NCBI GenBank assembly: GCA_030295235.1
Contig: AP026136.1
Span: 1,346,871-1,366,870 of the forward strand
DNA: 20,000 bases
From: Fistulifera solaris
Taxonomy: Eukaryota
Direction of reading: 5' to 3'
In this document: positions 12,715 through 20,000 of the stretch, piece by piece
Layout: every line of letters starts with the position of its first letter
Numbering within the stretch: the stretch's first letter is position 1
The notes under the pieces: generated by a model
The model's input: the letters and a program-made list of their open reading frames with translations, nothing else
Databases searched by the model: none
Told to the model about the DNA's origin: nothing
Program-made: the position numbers and the translations under genes

Positions 12715-14044
12715 ATGATTCGTTTTTCTCTACATTCCCTGACTTTCTACATGATGCTCATGCCCAACGTCGAGTCGCACGGCGTCTCATCTCACCTCGC
12801 AGTCGTAATGAGGTGGCTCGCGAGGAAGGTTCAAATGTTGCCAGTCCTGGGGTTCCTGTAAAAGAGTACTGCTGGCATTGCTTGAACCGCAACAATGGTA
12901 TTTGCGGAAAGGTTGACGGAAACAATTACGACGAATGGCTCGACTCGGCCGGAAACCCGATGCCTTGGAAACCGGAGGCGACTTACCAACGCGGCGACAT
13001 GATTACTATCGAAACTGAAATCACGGCTCACCACTGGGGACACATTGAACTCCGTGCCTGTCCCAATGGTCGTCAGTCGACGCAGAACTGTCTGGATTCG
13101 TATCCGTTGGAGTTTGTGCAGGACGTGGATTATGCAATGCCTCAGGATCCGAACTTTCCAGATCGAGGATATCTTGCGGATCGATACCGTTCGTATACCA
13201 TGAAGTTTCGTTTGCCCAGCAACTTGGTGGGGGATCAAGTCCTTCTTCAGGTACGTCGTCGTAGTTATTGCTCATGATACTAGTAGCCCTGAACTACCTC
13301 ACGAGCGTCGTTTAACACGTCGACTGAACAGTGGCGCTACATCACGTCAAACTCGTAAGTATTTGTGTTAGTTGCATTCGCACCCATCTGTTCGTGTGTC
13401 CTGACTTTCAAATTCTTTCCCTTTGCTTCCGTTTACTTTTCAGTTGTCTTCCTCCAGGTTATGTCGACTACTATACAAATATTTCAAATGATGTCGGCCG
13501 CAGCAACCTACGTTTGAGAGAATGTTCGCTTCCTTATTCAAATGATGGACTTGGCTATCCTGAACAGTTCTGGAACTGTGCTGAAAGTAGGTAGACGTAA
13601 ATCACTCAACCAGAGTAACGTCACACGAAACTCTTCTAACAACTCTGTAATCTCTCCTTTTTTGCAGTTTCGGTGGTTGATAAATCCGGAGGCTCGCCTC
13701 TTCCTCGTACGCCAGTCAAAGCTCCTACGAAAGTCGCCACTCCGGTTCCAACGCAGTCACCGTCCGCCAGCCCAGAGAAAAGTGCCGTCGAGTTTCCTGA
13801 CAGTGTGAGCGACAAAGGTTGCTGTTCGTTTGATTTTCAGAATTGTATCACGAACTCGTATTGGTGTGGAACGACGGAAGCAGATTGCCTTAGTTGTGAA
13901 TCCAAAATGAACTGGCTTCCGAGCGGCGCCCTTGACGATCAGAGTTGCGCTGCCCGCTACCAGACTTGCACCGATCAAGCATGTTGCCCTGGATTGATTT
14001 GCGAGCAGAAAAACGCCTTCTACTCGCAGTGCAATGCTCCTTGA
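12715..14044 (+). CDS. Secreted lytic polysaccharide monooxygenase (AA15-like) with Pro/Thr linker, Cys-rich module and CBM1-like module; exons 12715-13250, 13332-13354, 13444-13586, 13668-14044; 1-nt frameshift at ~12782
   Basis: A 21-aa leader is followed by His (CAC, 12778-12780). Motifs in order: HG-RLISPRSRN, GICG, EITAHHWGHIELRACP, LLQWRYITSNSC, PEQFWNCAEI. Three GT-AG introns (13251-13331, 13355-13443, 13587-13667) plus one restored base give 1080 nt, i.e. 359 aa and a stop. The C-terminus CAARYQTC..CCPGLICEQKNAFYSQC resembles CBM1. Confidence 0.85.
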
Positions 14045-14376
14045 GATTGTTTTTATTTCTTGTGATTGGTTTGGCACGAACCGCTCGCAAAGTAGATTTC
14101 TTGGTAGCCAAATAAGTGTCTTATAAAAGCAGTCACTTTAAGTGAACTCGTATTATGTATGTTCTTCGCCAAGTCAAAGTCATAAATAAAGCCCAACTAT
14201 TATTGCAAGAGAACGTGTATTGAAAGTTGACGATATATTATAAATAACTTACTATGAATAAGATCATCGTTGAAGGCGATACAAAGTTCATGCAATGCGA
14301 GCCGTTTACGAGAGTTGATAAAGTATGCTGTCTTCTATCGAGTTGCTGTAACCCAAATGGATACACATGATATGAA

Positions 14377-14763
14377 TTAAACTTTCTGAGGACGACGACG
14401 TCCGCGCGTTTTCGATTTTGGTGGAGCTCCAGACATGACCGCAATTTCTCTCGAGTCGGTAGTCATACAAGTGAGTTCATCCGGTTCGAAGCCGAATGAG
14501 ACGGCGCTATCGTTCATAAACGAGTCATTCATCTTTCCCAAAGCTGCTCCAAGCGACGGCTTTGTTGAGTGGCTGGTTGTTTTGCGGCCACCTCGTTTGC
14601 TGGAGGGCTTGACAGGATTGGAGACACCCTTGTCAAGTTGCGGCCCTAAAGAATCATTTGTTACTATCGACTCATCGCTTGCATGAATACGAGGGCCCTT
14701 TCTGTGGTTCTCTACAAAGTAATCAAGCGACATGGAGGAGTTGTTGTTAACTGCAAAGTTCAT
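14377..14763 (-). CDS. Small hypothetical protein (128 aa, low complexity, basic C-terminus)
   Basis: Intact ATG-started ORF. The upstream region is CAA/ACA-rich on the coding strand, like a 5' UTR, and the downstream region is AT-rich. No recognisable domain. Confidence 0.5.
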   Translation of the reverse strand: MNFAVNNNSSMSLDYFVENHRKGPRIHASDESIVTNDSLGPQLDKGVSNPVKPSSKRGGRKTTSHSTKPSLGAALGKMNDSFMNDSAVSFGFEPDELTCMTTDSREIAVMSGAPPKSKTRGRRRPQKV

Positions 14764-15495
14764 TGTAATTGTAGTGACGACTGCGATGGATTAACAAGTC
14801 GTTTCTTGTTGCTTTTGGCTGTGGCTCTCGTTGCTGCTGTTTATACGTTTTTCATTGTTTCATTATTATTATTTGTTGGTTTTGCGTTGGGTTGGTTTCT
14901 CTTCCGTTCTCGACACTCAAAGTCTAAGGTATCAGGTATCGTGAAGGGCGAAAAGAGCCAAGTAGCAAAATCAGTTGTAAAGTTGTAAAAGTCATTATAG
15001 CCTTTTCTGGCTTAAGCAGGTTAGATCACTGGTCATTTGATACGCTGAAAGTACACAAACAAAATAGGAGCCAAGACACAAACATTATTGTCTTTACCCC
15101 ATTACGACCAGTCCTTCTGCAATTATCACTGAATGAACCATAGAAACTTACACATTTATTTCGTCCTAATAAAGCTACTTAAGCCCATGACCATGACCTA
15201 CCTCCGACGACGACTGACGACTCCTCCTCCTCCTCGGAGAACCTTGAACCTTGAACCCTTAACCCGTATGTTCCTCACTGTTTTCATGGCGTGACGTCTC
15301 ACGTCGTAGGCCCCAAAAGAGGCTTTTTCTGAATAGCCGAGAGCCGCGGCAACGAGGAGGTCGTCGTCAATCCGCAACGGCCGCGTCTTTTTTTCGATGG
15401 TGCGTCGCAGCTGAGTCGAGGACGATCGACGATGATCCTTTGGTTCAATTATTATTTCGTTCCTTCTCAATCGAAAAGACAACTTATTAGCAAAG

Positions 15496-17496
15496 ATGGA
15501 AGCAATATCTTTAACAGGTGCTACGATGGTCTCCAGCAGCTCTGCAGACCCTTTAGCTTCGCTCTCCGAAGGAACCGATGATTCGAACGGCGTCTCCGGA
15601 GCAATTTCTCCCCGACGCGTGGCTTCATCCTGCTGTGGAAATGACAGCAACGGCTGTAGCAGGACATAGCAATCATAATCATCATGGAGAATGCTGTCAG
15701 AATAAGCCAGCGCCGATTGTCTGGCAGCCAGCGCTGCATCTGCAAATATCTCCACAGGAACTCGTTACATCGTCGTCGAGCGAAGACATTCTCAGAGTCG
15801 TCTGGCAGCTGATTCGTTTCGGGACCTTTGCGCAACTCAAACAAATCATCGATGCGTGGTATCAACAGAAAGAAAAACAAGGTGAAACAGCGCCACAGGA
15901 AAGCGTTCATGCAATTGTACGCGAATGTCGTGATCCGGCAGGGCACACCCTTTACATTGGGCTACAAAACGATTCGATGACATTCAGTTCGTTCGGTTTT
16001 TGGTTCAAACAGTCAAATGTGAAAACTTACCTGCAACAGACAGCACGCACATGACTCCGCTTCACTGGGCTAGCACGCTTCCGTGTATGATCAAGTGGCG
16101 GAGATGCTCGATATTTTCCTGCAACATTTTCCGAAACAGATAGAAGCAAAAGACTCTACCGGTTGCACCCCATTGTTAATTGCAGCGCCTTACGGACAAG
16201 TTGAAATTGTGGCGTATTTATTCTATAAAGGTGCGAGTTTGCAGGCTACGGATCATCATGGGGACTCGGCGGTGCACTGGGCAGCTTACAAAGGCAGTGA
16301 TACGGTTTTGGGATTATTGGCCTACTTTGATCAAACGCGACATTGGTGGACGTCACCTGACAACTACGGTCAAATGCCGCTTCATTTGGCGGCATTGCGT
16401 GGTCATGTGCGAACTTGCCGCTTCATCCTGAAGCAAAGTCGCCGATCCGTTCTTGTGCTTACAACACAGAGACACCAATCAACGAACACCGCTAGAACTT
16501 GCTAGACACAAAGAACAGGCCGCAGTTGTTGTCTTTTTGCATCGTGCACAAGTGCCTCGACATGTGTGGTTGCAACAGAAATCCATGAATTGGTGGGCTT
16601 CAAAAGCAAAGCAATGGCTGCAAACCTTCTTCTCAAGGCACGAATGGCAAATTTGGCTGGGATTGGCGCGGAGGCGATCAAGATGAATCGCCTCTCTTTC
16701 CATACTATTATGTCATGACGCACTGTATCCTCAACGTTCTGTTCTATTTTTCAGTTTTCATGCCGCTTTTTCACACGGAACGCGGGATTCTGTGGGATAG
16801 GATGGGGCGGACACATTGTCAATGCGCTTCTGATGGCTTCCTGCATCTACTTCTATTTTCGAACCACCCATACCGACCCGGGCAAGTTGACCAAGAGACA
16901 TTCTCAAGTTCAGTATTGGCGTGACTTGTATGGGAAGACACTGGAGAGCTTCATACAGCGAAAGCCAAGCGGCCACAATTGTGTCATTCCTGCCACATTC
17001 GCGGCCACCCGATCGAAACACGATCGCTACACCAACATCATGTGTCGAGGTGTTTGATCACCATTGCCCCTTTGTCGGTGCTAGCGTGGGTCTTTACAAC
17101 TATCGATTCTTCTTTCTGTTTTGCCTGACAATGATGCTATACTTTGTGGGATTCTGGATCATGTTACTGACTTGGTGGTTCCGTGTTGACAATCCGGCTA
17201 TTTCTACCTTACTTTTAGGTTTGTTCTTGGGTGTACACGGAGGCTTTCCTGCGGGCATGATTGTGTATCATGTCCAACTAATTGCAGCAAATCTAACAAC
17301 CAACGAACACATCGGTACTACCAAGTCACGATTACTTGTGGCAAGTCAAAGATGGGATGAGAAAGTACAGCAATCCATGGAATAAGGGGTTTTGGGAAAA
17401 TGTCTTGGCGACAGATTTAGTCCGAGTGCTTCTTCTTATCATGTGGATGCAGATCCAGAGAGCGCCCAGTTGTTGATAGCGGAGCAGATTGTCTAA
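15496..17496 (+). pseudogene. AKR1: Ankyrin-repeat DHHC S-palmitoyltransferase (Akr1/zDHHC13/17-like), broken by roughly ten or more frameshifts (pseudogene or assembly errors)
   Basis: Ankyrin repeats GHTL-LHWA, MTPLHWA, GCTPLLIAA, GDSAVHWAAYKG, GQMPLHLAALRGH and QRTPLELA. DPG motif (HTDPG). Cys-rich domain pieces LCHSCHI / RSKHDRYT / CVEVFDHHCPFVG, with DHHC at 17056-17067. TM helices, NLTTNE motif and NPWNKG tail follow. The pieces lie in alternating frames. Start and stop are inferred. Confidence 0.85.
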
Positions 17497-18085
17497 GGTA
17501 ACAAGCATAGCTTCGACAAGAACAGCCACTGTGACGATTGTTTTCATAAGTTCAGAGATAACAACAAAGCCCGCCAAAATAAATGTGCACATTTGCGCAA
17601 GCCATCCTTCTTGCGTCAATTCGAGGATCCGCAATATCTTGCGGTATCCAGCCATCACTTCTATATTCAATAAGGCGGGCTCTATCCAAGCGGTGAAACA
17701 GGCTCTGGCTTAAAGGGCATATTGTGTCAAAAAATTGTTTGGACCAAACCTCTCATGGGACACAAGTAGCTTTTCCACCTTCACAGAAGCTATTCCACAT
17801 GACGAAACAAGCAACAACCAAAACACGAGCTAGGAATGCATCAACCTGTTAGATCGATAGTTCAAAAAGTGGATGATAGACTAAATAATAAAAGTGCCAC
17901 TCGATTGTTTGATTGAAAGCAACATCTATTTTACACCACCTCCGAAGCGTAGTTTGAAGTGCATTTGATCTGTGAATATACTTCTCATTTTTGAATGAAT
18001 AAATAATGCAATACTCCGTGTCACACCACCTCCATAAGGACACGCATTTTCCAGGCTTGAACTGCCATCGATTGGCATTTGCATA

Positions 18086-18112
18086 TAGGGTTAAAGTTAG
18101 TATTAGGGTTAG
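18086..18112 (+). repeat. Degenerate interstitial telomere-like repeats at the gene/subtelomere boundary
   Basis: TAGGGTTAAAGTTAGTATTAGGGTTAG, in the same orientation as the terminal telomere. Confidence 0.6.
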
Positions 18113-18275
18113 AAATTTGGAAATTGGGATATGGAACTTGGAACCGCGGAAAAAAGAACTAGAACTAGGTGAAGTGGAATAAGGTAATTAGGAAAAGGTA
18201 AATAAGGAAGAAAGAAAAGAGTAAATCACTGGGAAAAGAGAAAAAAGGTGGAAAAATAGGGAAATAGAAAGATAT
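18113..18275 (+). other. Purine-rich (A/G) low-complexity subtelomeric tract
   Basis: Strong A/G strand bias with recurring GGAAA and GAAAA words and very few C. Confidence 0.6.
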
Positions 18276-18502
18276 TGGACATTTAGCACCAGTAAGACAC
18301 ATTATTGATGCACGGTCTGTCCTTTACACTCACCAACAGTTCGAAAATTTCTGCAGTCTGTCCTTCATACCCATGGCAATGGAACCATTGTAATTTGTAA
18401 TGCAAGTTGGCTTGAAAAAATGCAATTGTATGTCGGGAAAAATTGCCGTTCTCAGTTGGAAAAGGTGCACATATGAAACATTATGGGCATGAAGGGTTAA
18501 GA

Positions 18503-18610
18503 AGACTTCCATTTCTTTCAAGACATCTGACTATTGCACACTTCCGACTATTGCTGGACTTCCAACATTTGCAAGACTTCAGACTATTGCACACTTCCGA
18601 CTATTGCAAG
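18503..18610 (-). repeat. Degenerate 17/18-bp repeats, inverted relative to the array at 19346-19612
   Basis: GACTATTGCACACTTCC units occur at 18529 and 18582, with degenerate neighbours. The reverse complement GGAAGTGTGCAATAGTC matches the 17-bp array unit with 1 mismatch. Confidence 0.8.
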
Positions 18611-18615
18611 AGGGT

Positions 18616-19329
18616 GTGAGAAGTGAGATGTGAGATGTGAGATATGAGAAGTGAGAAGTGAGATGTGAGAAGTGAGAAGTGAGATGTGAGAAGTGAGATG
18701 TGAGAAGTGAGATGTGAGAAGTGAGAAGTGAGAAGTGAGAAGTGAGATGTGAGAAGTGTTAAGTGAGAAGTGAGAAGTGAGAAGTGAGAAGTGAGATGTG
18801 AGAAGTGAGATGTGAGAAGTGAGATGTGAGAAGTGAGATGTGAGAAGTGAGATGTGAGATGTGAGAAGTGAGAAGTGAGATGTGAGAAGTGAGATGTGAG
18901 AAGTGAGAAGTGAGATGTGAGAAGTGAGAAGTGAGAAGTGAGATGTGAGATGTGAGATGTGAGAAGTGAAAAGTGAGATATGAGAAGTGAGAAGTGAGAA
19001 GTAAGATGTGAGATGTGAGAAGTGAGAAGTGAGAAGTGAGATGTGAGATGTGAGAAGTGAGAAGTGAGAAGTGAGATGTGAGAAGTGAGAAGTGAGAAGT
19101 GAGAAGTGAGAAGTGAGATGTGAGAAGTGAGAAGTGAGATATGAGAAGTGAGAAGTGAGAAGTGAGAAGTGAGAAGTGAGATATGAGAAGTGAGAAGTGA
19201 GAAGTAAGATGTGAGATATGAGAAGTGAGATGTGAGAAGTGAGAAGTGAGAAGTGAGATGTGAGAAGTGAGAAGTGAGATGTGAGAAGTGAGAAGTGAGA
19301 AGTGAGATGTGAGATGTGAAAAGTGAGAT
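18616..19329 (+). repeat. Subtelomeric 7-bp satellite GTGAGA(A/T), about 100 units
   Basis: Directly visible tandem GTGAGAA/GTGAGAT units with rare variants (ATGAGAA, GTAAGAT, GTGAAAA, GTGTTAA). Confidence 0.97.
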
Positions 19330-19345
19330 AGGGTTAGAGTTAGGT

Positions 19346-19612
19346 GTGCAATGGTGAGGAGGTGTGCAATAGTGGGAAGTGTGCAATAGTGGGAAGTGTG
19401 CAATAGTGGGAAGTGTGCAATAGTGGGAAGTGTGCAATAGTGGGAAGTGTGCAATGGTCGGAGGTGTGCAATGGTCGGGAAGTGTGCAATAGTGGGAAGT
19501 GTGCAATAGTGGGAAGTGTGCAATAGTGGGAAGTGTGCAATGGTCGGGAAGTGTGCAATAGTGGGAAGTGTGCAATAGTGGGAAGTGTGCAATGGTGGGA
19601 AGTGTTGCAATA
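19346..19612 (+). repeat. 17-bp minisatellite GTGCAATAGTGGGAAGT, about 15.5 units with a few 18-bp variants
   Basis: Units recur every 17-18 bp from 19346 to about 19604. Variants include GTGCAATGGTCGGGAAGT. Confidence 0.97.
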
Positions 19613-19715
19613 GTGAGAAGTGAGATGTGAAAAGTGAGATGTGACAAGTGAGAAGTGAGATGTGAAATGTGAGAAGTGAGAAGTGAGATGTGAGAAGTGA
19701 GAAGTGAGAAGTGAG
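19613..19715 (+). repeat. Second block of 7-bp GTGAGA(A/T) satellite directly abutting the telomere
   Basis: About 14 tandem units ending in GTGAG-GTTAGGG. Confidence 0.95.
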
Positions 19716-20000
19716 GTTAGGGTTAGGGTTAGGGTTAGGGTTAGGGTTAGGGTTAGGGGTTAGGGTTAGGGGTTAGGGTTAGGGTTAGGGTTAGGGTTAG
19801 GGTTAGGGTTAGGAGGTTAGGAGTTAGGAGTTAGGGTTAAAGTTAGGGTTAGGGTTAGGAGGTTAGGGTTAGGAGTTAGGAGTTAGGGTTAGGGTTAGGG
19901 TTAGGAGTTAGGAGTTAGGGTTAGGGTTAGGAGGTTAGGGTTAGGGTTAGGGTTAGGGTTGAGTTAGAGTTAGGAGTTAGGAGTTAGGGTTAGGGTTAGG
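19716..20000 (+). repeat. Telomeric repeat tract (TTAGGG)n with variant units
   Basis: TTAGGG tandem array running to the window end, with the G-rich strand 5'->3' outward. Variants include TTAGGAG, TTAGGGG, TTAGGAGG, TTAAAG and TTAGAG. Confidence 0.98.

Noticed and set aside
14683..14988. 101-aa hydrophobic plus-strand ORF
   Set aside because: Its hydrophobicity comes from the T-rich antisense of the A-rich 5' region of the 14377-14763 gene.
15198..15755. 185-aa minus-strand ORF
   Set aside because: It overlaps the inferred 5' end of the ankyrin-DHHC gene in antisense and ends in microsatellite-derived residues. Probably a shadow ORF.
427..17496. Programmed ribosomal frameshifting, RNA editing or an alternative genetic code as the cause of the fragmented genes
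   Set aside because: The breaks are frame changes in both directions with no shared slippery motif, and several are at homopolymers. Sequencing indels or decay are more parsimonious.
17332..18043. Minus-strand ORFs of 112 aa and 64 aa between the DHHC gene and the subtelomere
   Set aside because: No recognisable motif, and the longer one overlaps the DHHC 3' end. A truncated gene remnant cannot be supported from sequence alone.
18280..18521. Telomere-associated retroelement or helicase fragment (63-aa ORF at 18330-18521)
   Set aside because: No reverse transcriptase, endonuclease or helicase motifs are recognisable.
19346..19612. Possible CRISPR array
   Set aside because: Units are head-to-tail with no unique spacers, there are no cas genes, and the context is a eukaryotic subtelomere.
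18601..19647. Long minus-strand ORFs (348, 283 and 72 aa) of SHFSLLT / [17 protein letters not shown] repeats
   Set aside because: They are translations of the 7-bp and 17-bp satellites, which lack stops on that strand. The same peptide appears in several frames.

Overview
Eukaryotic, gene-dense chromosome end, most likely from a diatom or related stramenopile. This is inferred from short GT-AG introns, TTAGGG telomeres, diatom-type protein motifs and an algal-type LPMO. From left to right the window holds: a partial divergent gene with a signal peptide; a ~6.2-kb Nup188-like nucleoporin gene; an uncharacterised type-I membrane protein with an RXL motif and repeated PxWM motifs in its tail; a diatom-type Ser/Arg-rich protein; a four-exon secreted AA15-type lytic polysaccharide monooxygenase (LPMO) with a Cys-rich module and a CBM1-like module; a small ORF; and a heavily frameshifted ankyrin-repeat DHHC palmitoyltransferase. 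A layered subtelomere follows: telomere-like junction, purine tract, inverted 17-bp repeats, 7-bp GTGAGA(A/T) satellite, 17-bp satellite, a second 7-bp block, and a variant-rich TTAGGG telomere. Nearly every long gene carries small frameshifts. These are most simply assembly indel errors near a contig end, but real subtelomeric decay cannot be excluded. The most notable items are the LPMO, whose copper-binding His1 is hidden by a 1-nt frameshift, the RXL membrane protein, and the inverted-repeat-bracketed subtelomeric satellite.
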